From Rhina ancylostomus (taxonomy: Eukaryota), in contig JARFYF010000012.1 in assembly GCA_030265395.1 (NCBI GenBank), positions 15,061,375 through 15,125,374 of the forward strand: 64,000 nt of DNA. Direction: 5' to 3'. The position numbers and the translations under genes are program-made. The notes below the pieces were generated by a model. That model searched no databases. It saw nothing but the letters and a program-made list of their open reading frames with translations, and was not told the DNA's origin. Positions 1-12,040 of this stretch are shown piece after piece (positions within the stretch are counted from its first letter, which is position 1; each line of letters opens with the position of its first letter).

Positions 1-1004
1 CTCCAAGTCTCAGGAAAATCCAGGCCAAATACCTTTTTTAAAGTCTAAGCCGCACTCCAGCTTTGTTGTGACAGATAAGACCTAAAAATAGTTCAGTATC
101 CTGTTACCTCATTGTGCCTGTTGGATGAGATTGATCAATCAATGTTGGAGGTGAAGTTCTATGTCTGCTAACCTTGTGTGTGGAGTACCCACCTCCAGTT
201 GAGCTGCTGTAGAAATTTTTTTATCTTCAGTTTACTTCATGATGGCATGCAAACCATGATCCTAACCAGCGGATTCACAATCTCCATGCAGACTGATAAC
301 AAACAAGGCTACATTACTGCCTGGAAGGATGGTGGAGACAGAAAGCCTCACCACATTTTATAAAACATATTTGAATGAGCAGCAGGAGAGCCATAATTTA
401 TTAGACTATGGATTAAAAGATACAAAATGAGATTAATCTAGATAGACCATTTTTGACCAGCATAGCCCAAATGAGCTAAGTGGTGCTCTGTGCCATAGAC
501 TTGTATATTTCTATGATTTTTCTGAATCTAAAGTGCACAATTGAGTGAAGAATAGGGTCGAATGTGTGGAGGTCTTTTCCATGTCAGTCTTAAGCCAGTA
601 TCAAACTTACTGGAAATTCCATATGAGAGGAATATCTTGGCAGACAGATTAGTGAATTACAGATCCAAGTCGATAAAACAATGCAGGTCCACTTATTTGC
701 AGTAACTCAGTAAATATCTAATGTGAATCCCACTGGACTGAAACCAGCTCTCGCAACAAAATCCTAAGCACAGCTCTTTGGCTGAAGACTTTGCTGCTTC
801 CTTGGGAAATGCATTTATTCACTTTTCTTTTCCTGTGGGTCTTTCATTATCCTGTGTTTCAAGGTTAGCAATATGCTGTAGTGAAAAACAATCAGTATTG
901 TTGAGTAAATCATTCAAGAAGTCATAAATGGTGATGAAGCAGGAAATTCAATGTAGCTGAGTGCTCTTGAGAACTTCTCATACTTTACAATCAGCCTCCA
1001 AATG

Positions 1005-1340
1005 GTCACAAGATAAGGGAGCAGAAGAAGGCCATTCAGCCCATCGAGCCTGCTCCATGGAAATGAGAGGGAGAAGTGGCAGGGGAGAAGAGGAAAAGAA
1101 GAAACTTTTAACCCCAATTTNNNNNNNNNNNNNNNNNNNNNNNNNNNNNNNNNNNNNNNNNNNNNNNNNNNNNNNNNNNNNNNNNNNNNNNNNNNNNNNN
1201 NNNNNNNNNNNNNNNNNNNNAGAAGAAAATTTTAACCCCAATTTCCTGCCATCCCCATAATCCTTGATACCTTGACTAATTAGATATCTGTCTATCTCCT
1301 CTTTGAATGCGCCCGACGATCTGGCCTCCACTGCAGTATA
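1005..1340 (-). mobile_element. CR1/HER1-like LINE 3' fragment, split by an assembly gap
   Basis: Minus-strand translation AVEARSSGAFKEEIDRYLISQGIKDYG is a typical CR1 ORF2 C-terminus, followed by a tail containing GATGGGCTGAATGGCCT. Confidence 0.85.
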
Positions 1341-2914
1341 ACACTGAAGTGCATTGAATATTGAGCAATGTACATGGAATGATGAACCTGCAGTTTGCTC
1401 CACTGGTAAAGACAAAAACATCATGAAGATTTAATTATGAATTAGAAGCTCACTTTGTGTTCTGTCTAACGGTGTAGATTGAATATAAAACAAAGTTGTT
1501 GTATTAACTGTGTTGTCCTGTGGGAGAGTGACAAGGATGAAACATGTGTGGCTTGAAATTATGTTTGGACACAATCCATGGGTCCTAGTATCATTGAGGA
1601 TATCCTGCACAAAGATGCAAGTTTGGCCTTTGCTCTGCTAGCCATAACATTTTCAGGATTGAGTTCCTCTTGCAGTTATATGATTCTTGACCGTCACACA
1701 ATGAGTTGGCAACTATTAGCTCACAATCCTCGGTAAAAGTGCGTGCAGTTTCTTGTTTGTGTGTTGTGCACCAAGCAGAAAATTTGGACTGCAGATGAAT
1801 TGCATTGCCAGTCACCATAAAGCTCCTCATGAAATCTATTTCCAAGCATTATTGGGTGAGCTTGGACCACCCCTTCGGACACTGATCTGCTGTGGATGGA
1901 TTCTTGAAGTACCTTTTTGATTTTAAAATTACATCGAAAAGTTTTGATTGACTTGGCTGAAGTGATAATAGTTTGCAGTTGCTTCCTGTTCTTGCTGCTT
2001 TCAATGTGGAAGGCACTGTTTTTGCAAAGTTTACTATTTTTGTTCATTGTTTCCACAGTATTGTTGATTGAAGTTCCATATCCTAGGTTCCTGGAGCTAG
2101 GAATCTGCTCAATAGAAGGCTTTTTCAGCTATTTTAATCCAGTTCCAATGCCACATGTAAGTGCCACTTTGAGTATGCCATCATTGTAATGCTGCAACAA
2201 CAATCTCTGTTCCTAATTTAAAAAAAACTTGTATCAAGGTGACATGCACTCATATTTGACTGATGAAAGAGTGTAAAAAGCTCTAATTTTTGAGGAGTGA
2301 CTTAAAAATAATTGGAAACGATAATATATGATATTGGAAAAGGTACTGCTAAAAATGTAAAGACTTAATCTAAAGAAATCCATGTACAACAGGCACAATT
2401 TTTCTCCCTTAGTTTTAGATGCACATAGAGAACCCTTGAAAATTTCAGTGGAGTTATTTTTGAGTTCTGAGATTGCTGGAGGATAGAAATCTGGTTGCTG
2501 TGGAGGGAACTATAGTATCAAAGGAGACTATTTCAGTTGCTGCTTAAATTGTAGTTTAATTATTCATGGTGTGGAAGAGATGGAAAAGTGGCATTATGTG
2601 GATTGTTGAAGTAATCCCCAATGTTTTGGTGAGGGAACATGCATCTGTGCACTCCAGCAGTCTTAGAGTGCCATGCTGTCTGTTTAGTTGGGGAGTAGTT
2701 CAATTGATTTCTTAAGTCAATCTGACGTGTGGCATGCATGCTCAAGGCTGAACAAGATTGAGGAGGAGTGAAATTTGCAAGGGAACTTGTAACTTTTACT
2801 ATTTGGACAACATTGGACTTGGCAGTTTGTGTGTCCATTGTTAAACCCAACTGATTTTTTTTCATGTCTCAGATTTCAAATGAAATTAATTCTCTCCTTC
2901 AATCAGGAGAGCAC

Positions 2915-3275
2915 AAGTAAGTTGATTTATTATTGTCAGATTCACTGAGGTGCAGTGGAAAATCTTGTCTTGCATAGTGTTGTTACACATCAATTCATTA
3001 CACAGTGCATTGAGGTACTACAAGGTAAAACAATAACAGAATGCAGAATCAAGTGTTAGTTACAGAGTGCAGTGCAGGTTGACAATAAGGTGCAAGTTCA
3101 TAAGGTAGATTATGGTGTCAAGAGTCCATCTTAAAGTACATGGGAACTGTTCAGTATCTCATAACAGCGGGATAGAAGCTGTTGCCTGGTGATGCGTGCT
3201 TTCAGGCTTTTGTATCTTCTGCCTGATGGGAGAGGAGAGAAAAGAATGTCTGGGGTGGGTGGGGTGTTTGAGTAT
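2915..3275 (-). mobile_element. Rex1/Babar-like LINE 3' fragment
   Basis: Minus strand encodes an SPLPSGRRYKSLKAR-type C-terminal motif; the 3' UTR is shared with copies at 8213, 36915 and 58485. Confidence 0.75.
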
Positions 3276-3621
3276 GAGTGGTGGTCATGTTTTCTGCTTG
3301 CACCATGCCCATACTGAGCCTGAGCTCATACAAATTCTGCTGCCTGCTTTCCAGCCCATCCCTTGTCCTGCTCACTCATCACTTATTGTGTCCTAACCTA
3401 TGATGACTCCAGGTCTGATATCACTTCACTTTTGAGATTCTCATCCCTCTCTCCATAATCATATCCAGCCTTGCAGCTTCATAATATTCTGTGCTCCAAT
3501 TCTAATTCCTTGTCCATCCCTGAATTTCATTACTCCATCACTGTCAGCCATGTCTTGAATTGCCGAGACCCTAAACTTCGGAATTCCCTTCCTGTAAATC
3601 CCCACCTCCGAAATCTTCTTT

Positions 3622-3715
3622 CAAAGCATCAAACAATCTGCTGGAGGAACTCGGCAGTTTGAGCCGCATCTGTGAGAGGAAAGGAATTATCGATGGTTCA
3701 GTGCAATTGTTGGCC
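3622..3715. mobile_element. Penelope-like terminal fragment
   Basis: caaacaatctgctggaggaactc is identical to 52501-52523 and homologous to the arms at 56262-56973. Confidence 0.65.
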
Positions 3716-3721
3716 ATCGAT

Positions 3722-3968
3722 TATAGTAAGACTTCGATAATCTGGTATCCAGTTGTTCAGAAATTTTGATAGTTTGGCATCTGGTTTCAATGGGTCACCA
3801 TTCTTATGCTCCCTTTAAACTCACCAGGTTCACGGGAAGGATTATTATACAACTGTGTAATGTCTTAAATTAAGTTTACTGGCATATTAATATCCAGTAG
3901 TCTGGATAATCTGCCATTCTGGCACTCCACAAGTCCCAAAGGTGCAGGATTTTAGGAGTTTTACTGTA
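3722..3968. mobile_element. Tigger/pogo-like MITE
   Basis: Imperfect TIRs ta-tagtaagacttcgataatc and gattttaggagttttactg-ta, with TA flanks. Confidence 0.65.
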
Positions 3969-5284
3969 CCCTTTTCTAATGTCCCATTATGTGGCACGAT
4001 CTAGTTTATCTGATAGTGCCATATGAAGCACTTTGGGCCTCTTCAAAGGAGCCTTCTAAATGAAAGTTATTGTATCCATTTACCGAAATACGTGCGGAGT
4101 CTAAACAAAAACAAGTTAGGAGCTCTGATTGCGGATGGGAGGCTTTTGTTCAAAGATGAACCATTTCCTAATTTAGTTGGGTGCAGATGCAATACATAAT
4201 TTCAGTCCATGACTGAATAATGCATTTCTTAAAAAGGGTCAGTGGTACAGCTTGGATAAAAGGACATCCAAGGTAAAGTTGTTTGATGTCAAGTATCCCA
4301 GACAGAGAAAGCATAACTGCATTATTGAGGCCACTTGATGGAATAGTTTTGCTTGCTTTGCACTTTGCTTAAAATATTAATGATATCTCCAAGCTGAATT
4401 AACCACTGGATCAATAAATAAGTAAAAGCTTTAGATCCATTCTTCTGGCTATCAAAGTGCAGAGTCAAGTAGCTGAGAGGGAGCTCTGATTGGATAATGA
4501 AAACTTGTGGTCACTGATGATCTACATCACTTGCCGGATAAATGGGTTGCACAATGACAAAGCATTCCAGGAATTTTTATTCTCTATGGCAGACAGTTAC
4601 TGTTGTAGCATTTAATTTTTTGATCTTTCATACAAGCTGAAGACTAAGTAACAAACGTAATTTTTTTAAAAAGTGCAAACTAAGATACTTGGAGGTCTGG
4701 TTAGGAGGGTTCCAGATGGAAAGATTATTCATGTGCACAATTTCATTCCATTAACTTGTGAATGAACGTAAGGGGGCCATTTCTTTTCTCTTGGCTTTGT
4801 ATACAAACTGAACAGTAAGAATGAGCATTGGTTACCTTTCTCAAACAGTTAAGGGGGTTTCTTCTTATTCTAGAAGTTCAATAGAGTTTCTCCAGCACAT
4901 CAGTCACTGTCATTGGTACTTGAGTATTTGGTCTATCTCACCAGTATGATGTGGTATTGAAGTTGTATTGAAGGATGAGGAAAAGTAGTAAAATGAGAAT
5001 TGTGCTTTGGAATCTTTGCTAATGAAATGTTCAAAATTGAGTGCAAGGATATAATGTAGGTACTCCCAAACTCCTTAGCAATCTCCATTTCTACAACCAG
5101 GAATGACTGGTCAGAAATAGAATTGATGCTTGGAATTATCTCAAAGCACAAAAAAATGAAGATATCATAGAAAACTGAACATTCACAATATTGTGTTTAT
5201 TGTATGAAGGACACCTTCAGTATTTTGGAGAACCCCTAGTCTCATATTGGACGTGTGCTTTGTGTTGAAAAAATGTTGTTGTTC

Positions 5285-5580
5285 TTGACCTGATAGAAGT
5301 TTACAAGAAGTACAGATGGAGTAGACAGATGTTTTTTCTAGGGTCAAAATGTCTAATACTAGAGGGCATGCATTTAAGGTGGGGGTGGGGGGGGGGTAAG
5401 TTCAAAGGAAACATGCAGGGAAAGTTGCTTAGTGGTGGGTAGCTGGAATGTACTGTCAGGGGTAGTGGTGGAGGCAGATACTATAGAAGCATTTAAGAGG
5501 CCTCAGATTGGCACATGAATGTACGGAGAATGGAGGGATATAAACATTGTGTGGGCAGTAGGGATGAGTTTGGTTAGGCA
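5285..5580 (+). mobile_element. CR1-like LINE 3' fragment
   Basis: Decayed motifs DLIEVYK, TRGHAFKV, VVVEADTIEAFKR. Confidence 0.85.
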
Positions 5581-5632
5581 GTAACTACTTGTTCCTGTGC
5601 TTTCTTCCAAACTGTCAGTTACCAGGCTCCAT

Positions 5633-5662
5633 CCAGGGCCAGGGCCAGGGCCAGGGTCAGGG
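5633..5662 (+). repeat. (CCAGGG)n hexamer microsatellite, about 5 units
   Basis: ccaggg x4 plus tcaggg, read directly. Confidence 0.9.
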
Positions 5663-6851
5663 GGTCCTCCAGCTGTGTCCTGCCAGTGCTACCTTTGGGA
5701 TTATCACTGGCAATTGTGTAAGAGAAAGGCTGAATCTTCACTCTATATCAAGTGTAGCTGCTGATCCAGCTCCTTGCCAGTTGAGAAATGGTGGCATTCA
5801 GAGACATTTTAAAGTTATTGAAATTGAAGTCAATAATCAAAGAATGCAAGCTGATTAGAAACAAACATTTGAGATTTTTCCTTTCCCTTTGCTTCCTAAT
5901 CCCCCAAGTGCACATTAAAATCAATGGTGTTTCAAGCTTATTGTAAAATCCAAATGGTGGTTCTGCAGTGTAACACTGGGGAGTCCCAGCAAGACTGGGT
6001 CCTATCTAAAATAAACCTGGAGGGGGTCGTTTTTAAACTAGTGCTCCCGACAAGAGAACCACAGGATGGCTGTAACTCCAGATTTACCTCTAGCCTTGTA
6101 TGACTCTCTAATTGAAAGCAAAATTGGACTTGATGTAAAACCAGCATTGCACTTCATCTCGGCAGTCTCCTGACAGGCAGGTTGGGTCTTGCTCCAGTGT
6201 TGGATATTGTATGTAGATTGCTGGAACTTAAAGTAAAATGCACACAAATAATATACAGCAATTTGCAAATGCTCCATGAATTAATGCAGTTAATCAAGGC
6301 AGTTTCTCATTGAGCTCCTCCTGTTGAGTAGAAATGACCTATTAATACGCCATTATTTAAAGTCAGAGCAAGAATAAAAATAAATAATTCAAAACTGAAT
6401 AGAGTAACAAGCTACAGCTGTATGAATTGCATCATTTATTTTTTGAGATTATTTGCTGGTATCTAAACTGATGAGCTAATCATACTTTAAATGGGCTTTG
6501 AGCTGCTTTATGAATGGTCAGCAGTTTGCATTTATGCCTGAATAATTAATAAAATCATCCATGTAGTAACTCCAGACTGCAATGCTGGTGAGTGGAGAAT
6601 GGCTGTACATACAGACAGACTCTAGTTTGCACCGCAAGAAAATATCAGCATGTGGAATTAGGAATGCTCACAACATCACAGAAAGGCACACTTTACATTT
6701 GCTGGTAATTGTAAGCATTTAGACTTGGACTAGGATTGAAACATCTGTTAACATTGGATCAAATCTTTGTGTTAAGTTCCAACAGGATTGTTGCAGAACT
6801 GAACCAATGTAGCCAACACCCAGATGCACATCTGAGCAGAGCTTCAGAGGG

Positions 6852-7040
6852 TTACAAAAGCAAAACACTGCAGATGCTGGAACTCTGAAATAAAAATGGG
6901 AGATGTTGGAAATATTCAGCAGGTCACCAATGGAGAGACAAACCACGTAAATGCTTCATGTTGATAACCTGAAGAAAGGTCAAATGAAATGTCCTCCTTC
7001 TCAGATGTCTATCTGCTGAGTATTTCCAATATTTTCTGCT
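6852..7040. mobile_element. Short fold-back Penelope-derived element
   Basis: Inverted arms atgttggaaatattcagcag and ctgctgagtatttccaatat; head ctgcagatgctggaa...tgaaataaaaa is shared with 40200-40830. Confidence 0.6.
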
Positions 7041-8212
7041 GCATTTTATAGGCATTCAACCAATCCACTATGAGCAGGAACGCAAAAGGGAGGGTCATCA
7101 GCTGCTGAGTTTATGCTCCTTGGTGTTCTTTTATTGCAATATACCATTTCGTGAGAAAAAGGAGTGGATGATCTCCCAGTACATTATACAAGACACACCT
7201 ATCCAGCCACATTCCAGGCCTGAGAAGCAGCAGCAGTCATTTGTAACTTAATTTAATACAGTATATTCATGCAACTCTGTTTTAGTTTATCTCTAAGTTT
7301 GAACGGATGCAGTGATTTCATGTAAATCCCTGGAAGTTGGGGCTTAGCTTGACAGGTTGAATTTTAAACCAATTCAGAGGCAATAAGTAGTTTAATTCTT
7401 TCTGCAATGTAGTTTGGGGAGTTCAATAGTAGGAAACTAGATGTCCTCTAAAGATTTTGGCCCAGAATCTGCACTGCTGCTTACTTTTTGGTGGCACTGG
7501 TGCAAGTGCAGAAAATTCCTTGGTGACATTATTCATTTTGTCTTGGCAGAAAGCAAACCTGTAAATGAATTAAATGTGCAGATCTAAGAAATAATTCCTT
7601 TGATGTACTGCCTGCAACTTTTATGTTTTTCAGTGTTTGGGAGTGAACATAAAGACTGCCTGCATTGCAAAAGACTTTGGAGATTTATCATTTGGCATCA
7701 AATAGACAGCACTGAGAAAGCGAAGAATTATTTCTACATCTTAAGTTGCACACATTTTTGGGTAGTATTAAAAGATTTTGAAATTTAGTGTGTGTTTTTT
7801 ATAAAATCCTCTTGGTTGGAAATGTACAGAAAAATGTGCTTCTGTCAGATTTTAATCTAAATTTTGGTCAGAGCAATTATGAAATCTTTTTTAGAAGAAA
7901 CTTGCTGTCTTTAAGATTATCTGAACAATAATCTCATGGAAATGATCCATTTTAGGTCGTGCTATTTCTGATACTTTACAGCAAAACTCCACGTGCTCAG
8001 GAATGATGGTTTGTCCTTTAATTTCCCCCATGTACAAAAACAGGGGAGCAGACAGTACCATGTTTTGTGCTTATGGCACTGATCTTTGTTGACCTACATA
8101 AAGGGTTGTTGAAGACTCAGATGTGTTCATTGTATTAGTTCCCATTTATGGATTTTCAGACATCAGAAAAAAGTTCAGTATGATTTGTGGTGAAATTTGC
8201 AAAACTTCAAGA

Positions 8213-8508
8213 ATTGAAATTGGTTTATTATTGTCACTTATACTGAGGTACAGTGGAAAAACTTGTCTTGCATACCGTTCATACAGATCAATTCATTACT
8301 CTGCATTCTATATTGTTTTACCTTGTACTACCTCAATGCACTGTGTAAAGTGTCACAGTTACAGAGAAAGTGTAGTGTAGGCAGACAGAGGTGTAAGGTC
8401 ATAACGAGGTAGATTGTGAGGTCGAGACCATCTTATTGTAGTAGGGAACAGTTCAATAGTCTTATAATGGTGAGAAAGAAGCTGTCCTTGAGCCTGGTGG
8501 TACGTGCT
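8213..8508 (-). mobile_element. Rex1/Babar-like LINE 3' fragment with an internal micro-inversion
   Basis: Colinear with 2915-3200 except for 8296-8348; minus strand encodes ARTTRLKDSF. Confidence 0.8.
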
Positions 8509-8534
8509 AATCTAACACAGCGGATGTAATTTTT

Positions 8535-9240
8535 TAAGAGACATGGAGCCGTACAGCACAGAAACAGGCCCTTTGGCCCAACTGGTCCATGTCAACCAGG
8601 ATGCCCATCCAAGCTAGTCGCATCTAAACCTTTCCTATTTGTGTACTTGTCCAACTGTCTTTTAAAAATTGTTATTGTACCTGCCTCAACCACTTCCTCT
8701 GGCAGCTCATTCTACCTACATACCACCCTCTGATATTTAAAAGAACAAAGTTGCCCCTTGGGTACCTATAAATCTTTCCCCTCTCACCTTAACCCTATGG
8801 CCTCTAGTTCTTGATTCTCCAACCCTGGGGAAAAAGTCTGAGTGCATTCACCCAATCTATACCCTTCATGATTTTATACACCTCTACAAGATTATCTCTC
8901 AGCCTCCTATGCTCCAAGGGGGAAAAATGTCCTAGCCTGTCCAACTTCCCCTTCAATCGCTTGAATCCTGGCAACATCCTTGTAAACCTTTTCTGCACTC
9001 TTACCAAGTTAATAACAATTTTCCTATCGAAGGGTGACCAAAACTGAAAACAATACTCCCAAGTGTGGCCTCACCAGCCTCCTGTACAACCGCACCATGA
9101 CCTCTCAACTTTTATAATGCCCTGAGTTATGAAGGCTAGCATGCCAAAAGCTGCCTTCAACACCCTTTCTGCCTGTGACTCGATGTTCAAGGAACAGTGT
9201 ACCTGGACTCCAAGGTCCCTCTCCAGGGCCCTACTGTTCA
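8535..9240 (-). mobile_element. CR1-like LINE, 5'-truncated
   Basis: ORF track 8804-9007: VRVQKRFTRMLPG...LEHRRLRDNLVEVYKIMKGID; tail GGGCCAAAGGGCCTGTTTCTGTGCTGTA. Confidence 0.92.
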
Positions 9241-9458
9241 CTTTTCAGGGAACTCTTAAACAGCTTGCAAACAAGACAGGAGTGACTCTCCAAAATGAAT
9301 GGCTGCTTCAAAGAGCAGTTGCTTCCTTTTTTGCAGCACAATAATCAGTTATTTTAAAATCATTTGTTTTTAAGAGATGCCAATAAACCCGTGTGTTGGT
9401 GAGGCTTAGCAGGGGTGGGATGTGCTGCCATTTCATTTCACAATGGGCAGATTTCACT

Positions 9459-9514
9459 TTTGATTTTGATGTGTTAATTAACAAGTTTGATTTTGATGTG
9501 TTAATTAACAAGTT
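9459..9514. repeat. Perfect 27-bp tandem duplication
   Basis: tttgattttgatgtgttaattaacaag x2. Confidence 0.95.
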
Positions 9515-11039
9515 GTACTGGCAGTTCAGTCTAAATTCCTGTGAAGGAATCTTAATATGTATAATCCCCCGAACAATCTTTTTAGATGGACCCCGTTTGT
9601 CCTTGTGTATCATGTCCTGCAGCTGTGATTTCTTATGCTGTTCACTCATTAAAAAGTCTTGTAAACTATGTTATGTTACACTTGGCCGCTGAACAATACT
9701 GAGTGAAAACCTTCATCATGTGGACTGCAGTTCAAGATGGTGGCTCTTTATTGTGCATTATTAAAATGCCTTAAATGCTGCAGTTAACATTCAGCATTTA
9801 GACTAATAAAAGTAAAATCTGACAATTTCAAATGACACCTCTTTCTAATTAAATACTAAGAATGCTAATGTATTGTTAATGGTCATTTGTTTGTAGATCA
9901 AGCATGCAGCATATCTTTTTCAAGACAATACTTATTGGTACTGTTCACATTAGGAAATTGTAGAATTTGTTATACTACTTTCTATTAATGTGTGAGTAGT
10001 TATGTGTCATGTCACTCTTAAAGCAATGCTCAATTAAGTTGAATTAATATCAGTCATTAGTTGAGCATACCCTTCAGCTTTGCAATATTAAATCATACTT
10101 GTGTTTCTAGTTGGCACATTATTCTCCTCCTTGCTGTTGCACTATTACAGATGGGTGTCAACCTCACGAGTAGGGTGCTAGATATTTAAGCAATCAGAGA
10201 ATTTGTGTTTTGTGCCAGTAATGTGATTCTAACTCTAGCCTTTAACTCCCAAGTTGAATTGGGCAGGGTTGGATGGTTGGGGAGTGGCAGGAAGATCCCA
10301 TGGCATTTCCAGATTTATTGCTTTTGGGGATTTAAAAGAAAACTCACCAGGTTTATACTGGTGATTGAAGTTATTTTTTTTGTGTATAAATGGTGCAAGT
10401 TTTCAAATTTGTCTATGGGCTGATGGAGATGGGTGCCTCTGGTCTGAGAATACTTGGGGTTTAGGATGTGGATTAGGAGCATGTGAAATACTCTTCAGCT
10501 GAAATAATCATCCAATATTCTACTATCATTGGACAAGCAAGGTTAAACTTGGCTTTATATCACCTGGGGATCATGATAACAGCAGTTTGTCTTCACTCCA
10601 AATCCAACAATAATCCTGCTCTTGGTTAAACACTTTCATTAATCCCTCTGATATAAATGAAAGCAGAATCTAATTATTTGCATTTGGGCTGAAGAAAACC
10701 CAGAACTAACTGCTGAGAATATGGAACAGACTCTAAACTTGGTAGTTTAAGGTTAACTAACCTCCTTGAAATGGAGATAATGGAGAAACCAATATTCAGA
10801 CCAGAAGATCATTGATTTCTGGTTGGTGTGTGGGGCACATGGACTTTAAATCAGATTTTCTCACCCCAAATCAGTTTTTTCATTATTTTAGCATTTCTAT
10901 TCTTTCCTATGTTTTCTGTGAACTCACAGTTGTATATTGGGCTGCCAAAATGTTTTTAGTAAGGTTTAAGCTGGAGGGCCAAGTGGATGATCCCTCCTGA
11001 CTTTTACTTGAAGTTCCAAGTATCTCAGAACCCAGCCTT

Positions 11040-12040
11040 CAGCTGGTTCAATTCATTCTCCAGGGTATCAAGAAGTGCATGCAGCAAAGGCTGCAGATCA
11101 GAAAAACATCCCCAAAGTACAGCTGAAGGCTTGTGCTCTATCATCCACCTGCCAATGTGGAAAATTGTTTTGAGTCTTATGCACACAAGTAATTCTACCC
11201 CATTAGTCTGCTCAAAATCATCAGCTGACTGATGGAAATAGTTATCAACAGTGCTGTCAGGCAGCACTTCCTCAACTAAACCCTGCTCACTGATTCCAGG
11301 ACCACTTTGCTTCAGACACTTGGCCTAAACGTGGATTCTAGAGGTGAGTTGGAAGTGATTTGGTCTTGACCTCAAAGCAGCACTTGACTGAGTATGTCAC
11401 TAACTCTCAAGAAGCTCTGGTGAAGCTGGTGTTAGTGAAAGTTGAGGGGATGGGAAACTCTCCACCAGCTAGAGTTATAGCTACTTGGGAAAAAAAATGG
11501 TTGTAGTTTCTCAAGGCCAGTCACCTCGATCCCAGGACACTGCTGCAGGAGTTTGTCAGGGGAATGTCTTAAATATTTGTACCTTCAGTTGCTTCATCTT
11601 AAGGTCAGCACCGGAGAATTTTGATGATTACATCATGAACAATTTGCCACTCCTCGCGCAATGAAGTAGTCAGTGTATGAGCACAGCAAGACCCTGACAA
11701 AGCTTGGATATGGGATGTGGCAATGAACATTCATGGCACACAAATGCTGGGCGATGAACATCTCGAACATGAGGGAGTCCAACCACTCCCTTTTTACATT
11801 CAATGGGATTGCCATTATTGAATTTCCCAGCCTGGGGATCTTCAATTGAGCAGAAACTTGACTGGATCAGCCACCTGAATATTGTTTACAACAGGAGGTT
11901 GAATATTGTCTCTGGAAAGGTGACACTCTAATTCAACAGAACCGCACTTTTATCTACAAAGCATAAATGAGGAGTCTAATCTAATACTTTCCATATTCCT
12001 GAAGATCCAACAGCATTCAAGAAACTCACTGTCAATCCAG
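11040..12040 (+). mobile_element. Ancient, heavily decayed CR1-clade LINE reverse transcriptase region
   Basis: Frameshifted remnants PMWKI, PISLLKIIS, LDLKAALD, KMVVVSQGQSPRSQDTAAGVCQGNVL correspond to RT motifs (WK..V, YRPISLL, LDxxxAFD, GVPQGSVLGP). Confidence 0.75.

Larger units (their letters stand above)
3345..4075 (+). mobile_element. Old L2-like LINE 3' remnant interrupted by younger inserts (about 3622-3968)
   Basis: Pyrimidine-rich decayed sequence with ccctaaacttcggaattcccttcct and a tail aagcactttggg...aaatgaaagttattgt; similar to 25340-25670 and 44480-45280. Confidence 0.5.

Noticed and set aside
1095-1245. Direct repeat agaagaaa.ttttaaccccaattt on both sides of a gap
   Set aside because: It flanks an exactly 100-N gap; typical unmerged contig overlap, not biology.
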